Positions 8,801 to 18,462 of a DNA stretch of 64,000 bases are shown one piece after another. The notes below the pieces were generated by a model. The model saw only the letters and a list, made by a program, of their open reading frames with translations. It did not search any database and was not told the DNA's origin. The number at the start of each line of letters is the position of its first letter. Position 1 is the stretch's first letter. Made by a program: the position numbers and the translations under genes. Origin of the DNA: Myxococcales bacterium (GTDB lineage Bacteria > Myxococcota_A > UBA9160 > UBA4427). The stretch is taken from the NCBI GenBank assembly GCA_014240165.1, contig JAAZXM010000017.1:2381-66380 (forward strand). Reading direction: 5' to 3'.

Positions 8801-11800
8801 TGGGTGACCTCCCGCCAGTAAAGGAGCGATCCGTCATCGAAATTGAGTGGCGGCGCGGCAATGCTCTCCAAGTCCGCTCCACTCTTCTCTATGTAGATTC
8901 GATTGTCCTCACCGTTGACTCCAACCGATATTTTGGGGTCGGTAGGCATACCCGCGCCGAGATCCACGCTGACAACCGGCTCCCCGAGGCTGTCGAAGAA
9001 AAGCGCTTGTCCGCAGTCTATGCGGAACGCGTAGAGGTCTCCGCTGCCCTTGGAGGTACACGGATCGCCCGTATCGTCAGGTGTGAAAGACCCAGCGAAA
9101 ATGTAGTGCAGGAAAATTTCCGCATTCGTGACGAATTTCTCGCCGTCGGCCACCTTGATGAAGAAGCCTCGCCCCGAGATATTTTCGCAGCTCGACGGAC
9201 CCAGGATTTCGGTGAGGTCCGACTCGGTGAGTGTGGGGAAGGGGGTTACGCTGAGTTCTTGAGGGTCGAGATCATTCATCGCATAGAAGCGATTGTTTTC
9301 ATCTTCTCCGGGCAAGCCCTCGAATCCGATATTCATGCGCTCGCCGCTTCCGAAGCCCAGGTGGAGCCTGCGGCCTACGAAAACCGCCTGGGGCGGCATG
9401 AAGAAACTCTTGTAGTAATTGGTGGATGGCGAAACCGCCGTAATCGGTGCTTGGAAAAAGACCTTGAAGGGCCAGGAGGGCTGAGAGTAGTCGCCTGAAG
9501 AGGAAGAGTCGTTGACCCGATCTTCGCCAAGCCCATTGAATACCCATTTGAAGATCTGTCCGCCCAGATCGCCGATGTAGAGCATGTCCGCGAAACCATC
9601 GAAATCAAGATCGAGGACGCCTGCCGTGCTCGGGAGTGCATAGGCCATTGACGACTGTGCGTCGGCAGCCCCGGCGTCGTAGCGCTTCATCGCGAGGAGT
9701 TCGCCGCTCGCGATATCGATCATGAGAATGGCACGCCCCGCGATGGCATTCTCGTCATAATTCGCATGGTCGTTGGGATCGCCCGTGCGGTCGTAGCCGC
9801 CCGAAACGATGGCGACCCATCGTTCAAAGCCGGCCCCTGAATTGTCATTCGAATCGATTTTGACCCTGACGCGGGTGATGATGGGTCGCGAAAAACTCTG
9901 CCCGAGATAGGGCAGGACCGATGTCGCAACCGCCGTGCTATCCGGGTCATTCTCATTCGGGAATTCCCAGAGATAGCCGGGATATGCAGCATCCGAAGGG
10001 TCCGTGATATCAAGAGCATAATAGGCGCGCCCACCTTGACGCATTCCGCCGACGAGGATCGTCCTCCATTCATCCGTGGACTTGGTGGTGTCCGTGTTGC
10101 TCGATCGGATCCAGGCGTCGACCACCTGGGGTGAACCGTCGACATAGTAGGTGCGTGAAGTCGGATCATCGACGGGAAGGTTCTTTATATTCTTCCTCGC
10201 TTCCCACGGCATGAACCCGAATAGCTCCGTGCCCGTTCCGTCGAGATAGACCGGGGGATTGACCGTTGTGTTGAGGGTTCCCGCGTCGAATGCATGCAGA
10301 AATCCATCGTTGGCGCCGCTATAGATCACGCGTTTCCGGAGTGCGAGATTGGTTTTGAAATTCTGGTAGGAGATATCGTTGAAGGTTGCCTTGGGAGCGG
10401 GCACTACGGCGGGAGCGGAATGAAAAATATCCCCGAGCCGCCAACTTCTCTCCACGCAAGTCGAGTCGGCGACTACCGTTGCGCCGGAGACACCGGTCCC
10501 GAACTCGCAGCCACGAACGTACGAGATGATTTCGTCCGCCAGGCCCTCTTCGGTCAGAGCATTCGAGCCCGGGTAGATTGGATTGGGGGAGGGGTCTGGA
10601 GCTGCGGCAAACGCGTCGACCGTCAGATCGGCAGCACCCAATGAATTATCGAAGGTCTCTCGGCCCGGGACTCCGCCCGTGAGCTGGGATACGTAGAGAT
10701 TCCGGCTGGCAGTGAGCGGGATCTCTTGGCCCGCGTCCCAATAGGGGAGCGCTGCCGGATTGGTCGGCCCACTGTTGCACTCTCCAGGGTCCGGGTCGAT
10801 GAAAGCACAGACCCCGCTCTGGCCGAAGACATCGCCCGCGGCATCGGTTCGGTAGGCCCGAAGGTGACCTTCCCAGAATGCGGTTTTCGCGGAGGGGAGA
10901 AAGAAACTCGTGTAGAAGCTGCCTCCTGCAGCGGTCCGCGTCGAAGGAACGGTGGAGGCAGTGAACGATTGCACCTTTTCAAGAATATCGTTGATCGAGC
11001 TGACCAGGCGAGTCCGGAGTTCGTCGGGGCTATTGCTGGTAAAGAAAAGCCCGTTTCCAACTTCCGCAGTCTTCTCCAGGAGAGAGTTGGCTTCCTCGTT
11101 GGTGGTAAAGCCAATTGTATAAACGTCGAGAGTTTGATCCCCCTCCATGTCTGGGCGGCAATCATTTTCGTGCATGAACTTCGCGACATCGTCGAGGTAA
11201 AGCCAGCTCGAGCCCCCGGGCTCCTCGACCTCTCCATCAGGGTTGTAGTCACCGATCAAAGACGAAAATTGGCTGAAGCCCGCCGCGGTATTGACCGGAT
11301 CTTCTGTTTCGAAGTCGTCCTTGGTGGGTTCACCGTCTGTGATGACGATGACAAAGTTTTTCTGACACGTGAATTCGATTGGGCTCGGAGGTACCAGCGA
11401 GAGATTGGATTGGTATAGGCCGCCGACGCCCGACGGAGTCAGTTTGTATCGGTAGAGAGGAAAGGTTCCTGAGGTTGCGCCCGCCGGAAGCTGAGTGGAG
11501 TCTCGGCTCATGAAATACGTGTATGACTGAAAGAGTGTCTCGGCCAGCGGGGTCCAGGTATCCGCCTTGGTGTTCAGCACCGAAGCTTCGAGATCGTTCG
11601 CGTGACTGGGGGTGTTGTCGTTGATCCCGACTTCTATATAGCCCCCGTTCGGGTCGTTCTCGTCGGCCCCGCGAAATACGGAAAGGCCAAACCGGATTTC
11701 CTTGCTTTCCAGGACCTCACACATCGTATCCAGCACGACTCGCTTGGCGGATGAGAGCCTGTTGAGCTGGTATTTCCCGTAGGTCGGCGATCCCGGACCC

Positions 11801-12276
11801 TGACAGATGCGAACGCCGTTGTTGTTGTCGTCGATTTCCGATTGGACCGTATTTTGCGAACTGTAGATCCAGTTCAGGTATTTACCCGAATACCAGGTGT
11901 AGCCATTGGATTGGGAGTCGTGATAGATGGTTCGGGTTCGGCCACAACGCGTAAGCGTCTTCGTGCTGCTCAGGTAATACGTGTAGCTCGAGGAATAGTA
12001 TGAGCAGTCGTATGTGGCGTCCGGATCGAAAGACGGATGCCAGACGATATGGTTCATCGAACCCGAGTTATCCAGCTGAATCAGGACGTTCGGAGAGACA
12101 GAAGATGTGAAGAGGAAGAGATCATCCTCTGTCTGTGCGAGAGCGGTGCCGCTCACGGCCAGCAGCAGAACCCCGGCCAAGAGGGCGAAGCGTTTCGCGA
12201 CGATTTCGCGCAATTCGTTCGTGCGCTCTTTGGTCGCCTTGGCGTTGAAATTTCCGAGTCGTCTTTTCGTGGTCAT
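8797..12276 (-). CDS. pilY1: Type IV pilus tip-associated adhesin PilY1 (vWA domain plus beta-propeller)
   Basis: Start MTTKRRLG... at 12276 (GGAG upstream). MIDAS-like LDNSGSM and VIVITDGEPTKDD (vWA). C-terminal PilY1 propeller with Ca-site-like DLDFDGFADMLYIGDLGGQIFKW. Confidence 0.9.
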   Translation of the reverse strand: MTTKRRLGNFNAKATKERTNELREIVAKRFALLAGVLLLAVSGTALAQTEDDLFLFTSSVSPNVLIQLDNSGSMNHIVWHPSFDPDATYDCSYYSSSYTYYLSSTKTLTRCGRTRTIYHDSQSNGYTWYSGKYLNWIYSSQNTVQSEIDDNNNGVRICQGPGSPTYGKYQLNRLSSAKRVVLDTMCEVLESKEIRFGLSVFRGADENDPNGGYIEVGINDNTPSHANDLEASVLNTKADTWTPLAETLFQSYTYFMSRDSTQLPAGATSGTFPLYRYKLTPSGVGGLYQSNLSLVPPSPIEFTCQKNFVIVITDGEPTKDDFETEDPVNTAAGFSQFSSLIGDYNPDGEVEEPGGSSWLYLDDVAKFMHENDCRPDMEGDQTLDVYTIGFTTNEEANSLLEKTAEVGNGLFFTSNSPDELRTRLVSSINDILEKVQSFTASTVPSTRTAAGGSFYTSFFLPSAKTAFWEGHLRAYRTDAAGDVFGQSGVCAFIDPDPGECNSGPTNPAALPYWDAGQEIPLTASRNLYVSQLTGGVPGRETFDNSLGAADLTVDAFAAAPDPSPNPIYPGSNALTEEGLADEIISYVRGCEFGTGVSGATVVADSTCVERSWRLGDIFHSAPAVVPAPKATFNDISYQNFKTNLALRKRVIYSGANDGFLHAFDAGTLNTTVNPPVYLDGTGTELFGFMPWEARKNIKNLPVDDPTSRTYYVDGSPQVVDAWIRSSNTDTTKSTDEWRTILVGGMRQGGRAYYALDITDPSDAAYPGYLWEFPNENDPDSTAVATSVLPYLGQSFSRPIITRVRVKIDSNDNSGAGFERWVAIVSGGYDRTGDPNDHANYDENAIAGRAILMIDIASGELLAMKRYDAGAADAQSSMAYALPSTAGVLDLDFDGFADMLYIGDLGGQIFKWVFNGLGEDRVNDSSSSGDYSQPSWPFKVFFQAPITAVSPSTNYYKSFFMPPQAVFVGRRLHLGFGSGERMNIGFEGLPGEDENNRFYAMNDLDPQELSVTPFPTLTESDLTEILGPSSCENISGRGFFIKVADGEKFVTNAEIFLHYIFAGSFTPDDTGDPCTSKGSGDLYAFRIDCGQALFFDSLGEPVVSVDLGAGMPTDPKISVGVNGEDNRIYIEKSGADLESIAAPPLNFDDGSLLYWREVTQ

Positions 12277-12278
12277 GA

Positions 12279-12776
12279 CTAGCTCCCCCACAATGCGGCT
12301 GCCGCCGCTTCGACCCGCGAATTCATCCCTCTCGGCTCTCTGCCCTCCACGTTGATGCGCCACAACTGCAGCTGGAATTTGGGTCCGTTTCCATTGACGT
12401 TCAGGCTCATGCCCGGCAGGGGCAGCGATCCCAGGTTTTCGATAGGGGTTGCCGCCTTCGGGTCGAGTTGAAAGCTCGGTTGTCCCATGGGGTAGTCACC
12501 GGAAACCCCGATGGAATTGGGGGCCAGGGTGGGTGTATTCGAGCCTGTCACCGAGACCAGAGCTGTCGCCAACCCCGCCTCCGCGGCCTGGAAGGCCACC
12601 CGATCACGCATCTGGACGCCTGCGACCTGCTGATCTCGCATGGTGCTTTCCATGGACGAGACCGCGAGCACCGAGACGAGCGCGAGGATCAGCATCACGG
12701 CGATCAAGGCGATGCCTGCTTCTCGGGGGCGACGATTGCGCCGGCCGATGAGAGATTGGGGGCCGAGTTGGTTCAT
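12279..12776 (-). CDS. pilX: Type IV pilus minor pilin PilX
   Basis: N-terminus ...EAGIALIAVMLILALVSVLAVSSMESTMRDQQVAG is typical of the PilX N-terminal domain. ATGA overlap with the pilW stop. Confidence 0.8.
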   Translation of the reverse strand: MNQLGPQSLIGRRNRRPREAGIALIAVMLILALVSVLAVSSMESTMRDQQVAGVQMRDRVAFQAAEAGLATALVSVTGSNTPTLAPNSIGVSGDYPMGQPSFQLDPKAATPIENLGSLPLPGMSLNVNGNGPKFQLQLWRINVEGREPRGMNSRVEAAAAALWGS

Positions 12777-13783
12777 GAGGTCGGCAACCTCGACCCCATA
12801 TTTCGGAGCGTCATGGTCGACGTGTAGGCCCGCCGCCTGAAACCGTCGCCCGTTGCCGCCGCAGTTCGGTTTTCCGAACTCTGGTAGCGGCCGTCTGTGT
12901 TGTCAGGGTCCTCGAGTCGGGTGCGTATCAGGAGGTTGGCCCTGACTTCACGGGCGGTGGAGATGTCCTCGTTGCTGGGGTCGAAGGTCGGACCGACGCC
13001 GTCGCCCCGATACTCGCCCGCATCCACGACGCGATCGCCGTCATCATCGAGAAAGATCGCGACTTGGAGGTCCTCGACGTCGTCGGCAACGACCGTGCTG
13101 TTGCGAAGAAGTTGGGTATTTGCGTTGATCTCATAGACATGAGCGGGCACCGCGACGAGATCGACCACGCTGGATCCCAGTACCAGCGGCGCGAGTGTGC
13201 CTGTCACGATCGTGACCGTAATCTGCACGGAACCGAGGGAGATGGCGTCGACCGTCCCGCAGGCGGTACCGCGGTCGGGATTTCCGGCATCGCTCACGAT
13301 CACCCCGGCGCCCACGCGAAAGTCGCTGTCCGCCGTGCCGTCGCCGTCGGTATCGTAAGCCGGGTCGGGGGAGCTGAATTCGATTACCAGCGTATCCAGG
13401 GAGAGAACCTGTGAGCCGGTGGAAATGTTGCTGGCCCCGCCCTGAATGCGCCCCGCCAGATCATGACGTTTCTCGTCGGTGGCATTGATTGCTCCGGCGT
13501 CGCTGACGTAGACAGTATCCGGCGCGTTCACACGATCGATGCCGCAAAGGGCCGCGGATTCCGGCACCATGAAGCCCGCATGGCGGAGGTCGGAATCGAG
13601 AAGGTTCCCCAGCAGTCGGCTGTTCTGCTGAACGTCGACGATCTGGCTGTTGACGCTTGCTTGTTTCTTCTGGGTCGAGAAGAAGTTCATGACCCCGATC
13701 ACGAGAACGGCCAGGAGAACCGTCACTATGGTGACTTCGATGAGGGTAAAACCCGCAATTTTTTGTGCGTGACGCGTACTCAT
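12773..13783 (-). CDS. pilW: Type IV pilus minor pilin PilW
   Basis: Prepilin motif G/FTLIEV (KIAGFTLIEVTIVTVLLAV). 336 aa. Position between pilV and pilX. Confidence 0.85.
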   Translation of the reverse strand: MSTRHAQKIAGFTLIEVTIVTVLLAVLVIGVMNFFSTQKKQASVNSQIVDVQQNSRLLGNLLDSDLRHAGFMVPESAALCGIDRVNAPDTVYVSDAGAINATDEKRHDLAGRIQGGASNISTGSQVLSLDTLVIEFSSPDPAYDTDGDGTADSDFRVGAGVIVSDAGNPDRGTACGTVDAISLGSVQITVTIVTGTLAPLVLGSSVVDLVAVPAHVYEINANTQLLRNSTVVADDVEDLQVAIFLDDDGDRVVDAGEYRGDGVGPTFDPSNEDISTAREVRANLLIRTRLEDPDNTDGRYQSSENRTAAATGDGFRRRAYTSTMTLRNMGSRLPTS

Positions 13784-14232
13784 CAGAGATTCTCTCGATT
13801 GAAACGAAGTGTGGTCGCCGCGACGGAGCGTGCTCGCCCGTCCGGCTCGGTCCAGTTGATCCGGATATCGATGGATCGCGTTTCGTCCGAAATTACGTCC
13901 TGGATCTGCCAGGAGGCGGTGTAGGCCTGTTCAACGGTTCCGCCTCGCCCATCGTCCACATTGGTGGAAAGGGTGACCGGCGCAGTCCAGGCCGTTGGGG
14001 CGAGGGCTGTCCAACTGGAGCCAACCAGTTGTTCGAGCTGGTTTTGCGCGATGAGCGCGCCTTGGCTCAGGTGGCGCCCGCTCTGATTTCCCTGGAGCGC
14101 CCGAAGCTGGGCCCCGGCAAGGGCCAATAGTCCCACCCCGAGGATCGTAAAGGCAATGGTGACCTCGATGAGGGAGAAGCCCGCTTGTCGACGGGTTTGT
14201 TTGGCGGCGGCCTTCTGCATCAGCTCTGCCAT
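13783..14232 (-). CDS. pilV: Type IV pilus minor pilin PilV
   Basis: Prepilin motif QAGFSLIEVTIAFTILGVGLLAL. Start is ATG 14232 or ATG 14220 (the latter overlaps the upstream stop as TGATG). The track ORF is over-extended to 14409. Confidence 0.85.
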   Translation of the reverse strand: MAELMQKAAAKQTRRQAGFSLIEVTIAFTILGVGLLALAGAQLRALQGNQSGRHLSQGALIAQNQLEQLVGSSWTALAPTAWTAPVTLSTNVDDGRGGTVEQAYTASWQIQDVISDETRSIDIRINWTEPDGRARSVAATTLRFNRENL

Positions 14233-14897
14233 TGCCCGGCCCCCGGATTCCATAGATGAATGCGTATACCACCGAGGGGATTGAGGACGATGCCGAAATC
14301 CCGGCTGCCATTGGTGAGGTAGACGCCCCCGTTGCCACTGCCGAGTTGCCCCATGGCGCAGGCGGCATCGAAGCCCAGAGGGCGGCCGTCGGGCATGAAA
14401 GCCACCCACGTGGCCGCCGTTCCCGACGGGGTTGCGAAGCTCGAACCGGTTGCGCTTCCAATGGCAGTGGAATCGCCCGGCGCCTTGGCGCCGGCGGATG
14501 CTGTGAATCCCCAGCTCACGCCGGGTGCCGCGGTGAGGACGCTGGTCTCCTCGCCGGCATCGATGAGGCAGTTCTGGCCTGGGCTGCCCAGGGGGCCGTC
14601 ATCGAGAAGCAGAACGGGCACGGCGCTTCCGCTTGAGTCGACGAGGGTCGTGCCCCCAGGATCTCCGGCGCCCCCAGCAGCGAGGAATACGATCTGGACG
14701 CTTTCTTTGCGCACGGCCTCCGTCGCCGCAAAGCGGTAGAGGTCCGCCAACGACCGCGCAAAAGCGGTCGTCCGCTCGTTCTCCTGCCACCGGCTCAGGC
14801 TCGAATAGGCGATTCCGAGTAGACCTGAGACGATGGCAAGCACGACGGCGACCTCGATCAGCGTCATGCCGCCTCTTGCTTTCTCTTGCCGTTCCAT
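14220..14897 (-). CDS. GspH/FimT/FimU-family minor pilin
   Basis: Start MERQEKARGG/MTLIEVAVVLAIV at 14897 (AAGGAA 8 nt upstream). Prepilin cleavage/methylation motif. First gene of the operon. Confidence 0.8.
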   Translation of the reverse strand: MERQEKARGGMTLIEVAVVLAIVSGLLGIAYSSLSRWQENERTTAFARSLADLYRFAATEAVRKESVQIVFLAAGGAGDPGGTTLVDSSGSAVPVLLLDDGPLGSPGQNCLIDAGEETSVLTAAPGVSWGFTASAGAKAPGDSTAIGSATGSSFATPSGTAATWVAFMPDGRPLGFDAACAMGQLGSGNGGVYLTNGSRDFGIVLNPLGGIRIHLWNPGAGQWQS

Positions 14898-15025
14898 AGG
14901 GGGGTTCCTTGGCTCTGGCACAGCCGCCTGCCAGCGGATCTATATCGGGTGAAACCCACCCGATCTTGAGCTGGGTCTTCTTCGAGGGGAAACCTGCTCG
15001 CGATTCTGGCGCGCAGGATAGGAAA

Positions 15026-15055
15026 TTCGCTGGCGCTTTGGGGCGTTCGCTGGCG
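15026..15055. repeat. Direct repeat TTCGCTGGCG-N10-TTCGCTGGCG upstream of the minor-pilin operon
   Basis: Identical 10-mers at 15026-15035 and 15046-15055, 20 bp centre to centre, about 130-160 bp upstream of the fimT/U-like start. Confidence 0.6.
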
Positions 15056-15257
15056 GCTCCGCGCGAGTCAGTCGTGGGTCCACTGGCGTGAGGGATTATT
15101 GGACCGGGGAAAATCCCTCGCTTTCGGGACGGATGATCGGCGGCTGCCCTGGACCCGTCTATCCGCGCCGCTGGTTTGGCTCTGGTTGCGGATTGGACCG
15201 TCGGCTCGAAGAGAACGGAATAGAGAATGCCATTGGGCGGGAGTGGAGGAGTTCGAA

Positions 15258-15953
15258 TTACCCGGCGTCTTCGCTCTCGTCGCTCGGGGGAGGCGCTTCG
15301 ATCCACTCAGCGGCAGGGTCGAGCCAGCGGTCATCCGGCTTGAAGAATGAGCCGTGTCCACCCCCCATGTCGACGATGATCTCCTGGTGGCGGCCGATGC
15401 GCGGCGACTTCTCGAAGAGCGGCATGCAGATCCCTACGAGGTAGTCGTTCTTTTCTACGAGGGAGAGCACGTTCCCCTGAAATTGGGCACCTTTTCCGGT
15501 TTTCGAGCAGCCGGCCATGATGACGTAGCGAATTGGCGCCTTCATGGTTTTGGATATGGATTGGAGAATATTTCCTCCCTTGGAGAACCCGATCACCGTG
15601 ATGCGGTCAAAGGGGACGCCCGCCTTGATGAGATCCCGGATCTGCCCTTTGATCTCCCGCGAATAGGGCCCGACGATCGTATCCGCTGGGCGCTGCTCTG
15701 AAATTACGACGTACCCCTTGGATGCGAGTGCCTCGAGGATGGCATCGTACTCGTAGACCCCCCAGCGCGGATGGGTGGGTCTTCGTCCTTCGTCCTCGAT
15801 GATTTTCCCGTGGAGGTAGAAGACGTAGCGTGCATTGGGGTCGGGGTTCTCGGGCGGCTGGGTCAGGATCTTGGGTTGAGCCCACGCGCCGGTTGTTGCC
15901 AGGAAACCTGCGGCGACCACGAGTGTCGCCAATACGGTGGATATTGCTTTCAC
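15258..15953 (-). CDS. Secreted alpha/beta (dienelactone-hydrolase-like) hydrolase
   Basis: Probable GTG start at 15953 (VKAISTVLATLVVAAGFLATTGAWA signal). Nucleophile-elbow-like VIGFSKGG. C-terminal acidic tail. Confidence 0.7.
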   Translation of the reverse strand: MKAISTVLATLVVAAGFLATTGAWAQPKILTQPPENPDPNARYVFYLHGKIIEDEGRRPTHPRWGVYEYDAILEALASKGYVVISEQRPADTIVGPYSREIKGQIRDLIKAGVPFDRITVIGFSKGGNILQSISKTMKAPIRYVIMAGCSKTGKGAQFQGNVLSLVEKNDYLVGICMPLFEKSPRIGRHQEIIVDMGGGHGSFFKPDDRWLDPAAEWIEAPPPSDESEDAG

Positions 15954-16109
15954 TTTCCTATCTCTCCGTGTTCTCTCTTGAAGTTCAGCCCGAACTGCTC
16001 GGCGCGCAGCCTTCCATGGCAATTGACCGCTGTGACCGGATTCAGTTGAGCCGGGTGATCATTCAAAACGAGCCGAAGGATAATAGCATCCAAACCCGAG
16101 TCGATGCTC

Positions 16110-17312
16110 TCATCGACCTTCGCTCGCCTCGGTGGCGCGGACGTGAAGCGCCAGGGGGCAGCGAAGGACGGTGCGCCGTGGCTTGGCGGCATTCGAATCG
16201 ATGAGTTTGATGTTGGGGAGGCGCTCGAGCAGAACCTGCAGCGCCACCTCCATATTCTTCCGCGCGAGGTGCATTCCCGGGCAAGCCTTGACTCCTCGGC
16301 CGAAGGTCAAGCTCTCATCGACACCGCGCTCAAGGTCGAAACGATCGGGGTCCGCGTAGAGGGAAGGGTCGCGATTGGCCCCGGCCATGGCGAAGAGGAC
16401 CCAGGAGTCGGCCGGGAGAGTGACACCGCAAAACTCGGTCTCAACCGGGGCCGAAAGTCGCGGCAGGACGGCGATGGGTGTCTCCAGGCGCAGGGTTTCG
16501 TGAATCGCAGCCTTGGCCAGAGAGGGCTTTTCGCACAGTGTTTTCCAGAGATGATCGGAGTCCAGCAGAAGGGATAGGAGATTTCCCAGCGCACCGTGCG
16601 TGGTTTCGCCGCCGGTGGGAAAGAGCAGTCGGATATGGCTGTAGACCTCTTCGTCGCTCAGTACGCGGTCATCCACCCGGGCCTGAACGAGTTCGGAGAT
16701 CACGTCATCGCGTGGGTTCTTTCGGCGGTCGTCCACCACCGGGGCCAGGAACGCTGTCAACTGCTCGCGTGCTTCGGCTGCAGCGCCGGGGTCGTCCCGA
16801 AAGCGTAGGAGCGCGAACGCCCAGTCTTGAAACTCGTCTTCGCGATCCCGAGGCAGCCCTAGAAGGCGGGAGATCACGAGATAGGGGAAGCGTGTGGTGA
16901 ATGCTTCGACGAGATCGAATTCTTCCTGACCTGTGAGACGGTCCACCAATTCCCGAGCAAGAGGTTCAAGGTCTTCCTTTTCGTAGCGCGAGACCGCGCG
17001 GGACCGAAAAGCGGGGGTTGCGAGCTTTCGGTAGAGGGAATGGCGGCGGGGGTCCGCCATGGAGATGAAGCTCTCGCCGATGGCGCCCTCGAAAGAGGCT
17101 TGGTACATGCGATGAGGCGGAAAGGTTTCGTTGTCCGCGAAAGCGTCCACCAGGGTCTGGTGGCCAGTGATGATAAAAGCCGGAAGCCCCAGGAATTTCG
17201 TTGGGCGAACCGGCCCTTCTGCCCGGAACTGGTGCAGGGCCTCGTGCATTTCTTCGCCTGGCAATTCATCCAAAGCGAAATCGATACGATCGAGACTACG
17301 GGGTTTTTTCAT
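16110..17312 (-). CDS. Cytochrome P450
   Basis: Heme-thiolate loop FGRGVKACPGMHLA, ETLR (K-helix) and GGETT (I-helix). 400 aa. Confidence 0.93.
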   Translation of the reverse strand: MKKPRSLDRIDFALDELPGEEMHEALHQFRAEGPVRPTKFLGLPAFIITGHQTLVDAFADNETFPPHRMYQASFEGAIGESFISMADPRRHSLYRKLATPAFRSRAVSRYEKEDLEPLARELVDRLTGQEEFDLVEAFTTRFPYLVISRLLGLPRDREDEFQDWAFALLRFRDDPGAAAEAREQLTAFLAPVVDDRRKNPRDDVISELVQARVDDRVLSDEEVYSHIRLLFPTGGETTHGALGNLLSLLLDSDHLWKTLCEKPSLAKAAIHETLRLETPIAVLPRLSAPVETEFCGVTLPADSWVLFAMAGANRDPSLYADPDRFDLERGVDESLTFGRGVKACPGMHLARKNMEVALQVLLERLPNIKLIDSNAAKPRRTVLRCPLALHVRATEASEGR

Positions 17313-17501
17313 CCTGCTTGCTTCCGAGCCTTTCGTTCCGATGCAACTCTTTCCTGGGCCGGAGCCACTTCAGCTGTGGGTGCGAATGCATAGGGCGCTG
17401 GCTCTGCTGGCAAAGGCGTGAAGAATCGAGTAGCTCTTTCCCTCGTTCTGGCGTTATGCGCCCGTCTTCGTCTCCGAGTCAGGGGCATTCTGGGAAGATC
17501 G

Positions 17502-18383
17502 ATGTCGATTGTCAACTTTGGATCCATAAATATAGATCTGGTCTACAGGGTTGATCGATTCGTTCAACCTGGCGAAACGATTCACGCCCTCGATCACCAA
17601 CGCTTTGCCGGGGGTAAGGGCTTCAACCAATCCATTGCGTTGGCTCGGGCGGGCGCGAAGCCTCAGCATATCGGCCGGGTGGGGCCCGATGGGCAGTGGC
17701 TTTTGGATATGCTGGAAACCGAGGGCGTCGACACGAAAGGAATCGAGACTTGCGATATGCCTACGGGTCATGCGGTTATCCAGGTCGACGCCCAGGGCGA
17801 GAACAGCATTCTGGTCCACGGGGGAGCGAATCAGGAAATTTCAGAAGCTCAATTCTCCAAGGCGTGCTCGCAGCTGGGTGAGGCGGATTGGGTCGTCCTC
17901 CAGAATGAAATAAATGCCCTCGCCGCGGTGATGGAGGCGGCTCGGACACAGGGGAGCACGATCGTGCTCAACCCCTCGCCCATGGAAGACTCGATTCATC
18001 AACTCCCGCTTCACGCCGTCGACGTTTTTATCCTCAACCGCTCCGAGGGCGAGGCGCTCTCCGGCGAGCGCGAGGTCGAGCGCATTCTCGACGCTCTCCG
18101 CGCTCGTTACCCCCGAGCCTCCACGGTCCTCACCTTGGGTGATCAGGGGGTGCGCTATGTCTCCGAGGGGGAACGCATCGTTGTTCCTGCCGAGCCTGTC
18201 CGCGCCCACGATACAACGGGGGCGGGCGACACTTTTGCGGGTTTTTTCCTGGCGGAAAGGTATGCCGGAGTCGACCCGACACCCGCGCTGCGCACGGCCT
18301 GCCGCGCGGCGGCGCTTTGCGTGACCCGCCCGGGTGCAGCCGCCTCAATCCCTCGACGATCGGAGCTCGCACAGGAATCGTAG
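17502..18383 (+). CDS. rbsK: Ribokinase (PfkB family)
   Basis: Start MSIVNFGSINIDL at 17502. Motifs GGKGFNQSIALARAG and DTTGAGDTFAGFF. The track ORF is over-extended to 17418. Confidence 0.88.
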   Translation: MSIVNFGSINIDLVYRVDRFVQPGETIHALDHQRFAGGKGFNQSIALARAGAKPQHIGRVGPDGQWLLDMLETEGVDTKGIETCDMPTGHAVIQVDAQGENSILVHGGANQEISEAQFSKACSQLGEADWVVLQNEINALAAVMEAARTQGSTIVLNPSPMEDSIHQLPLHAVDVFILNRSEGEALSGEREVERILDALRARYPRASTVLTLGDQGVRYVSEGERIVVPAEPVRAHDTTGAGDTFAGFFLAERYAGVDPTPALRTACRAAALCVTRPGAAASIPRRSELAQES

Positions 18384-18462
18384 CCCCCAATTGGGCTGGC
18401 TCCGGCATGGAAGGATCGGCTGGGATATCGGCAGTTCGGTCTCTTCTCGCTACCTTGCCTGT

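Noticed and set aside
14915-14934. Sigma-54-like promoter / inverted repeat CTGGCACAGCCGCCTGCCAG upstream of the pilin operon
   Set aside because: On the operon strand it reads TGGCAG-N6-GTGCC. The GG-to-GC spacing is one nt longer than the canonical -24/-12 spacing and the -12 element is poor. I keep it only as a 6-bp-arm inverted repeat, not as a promoter call.
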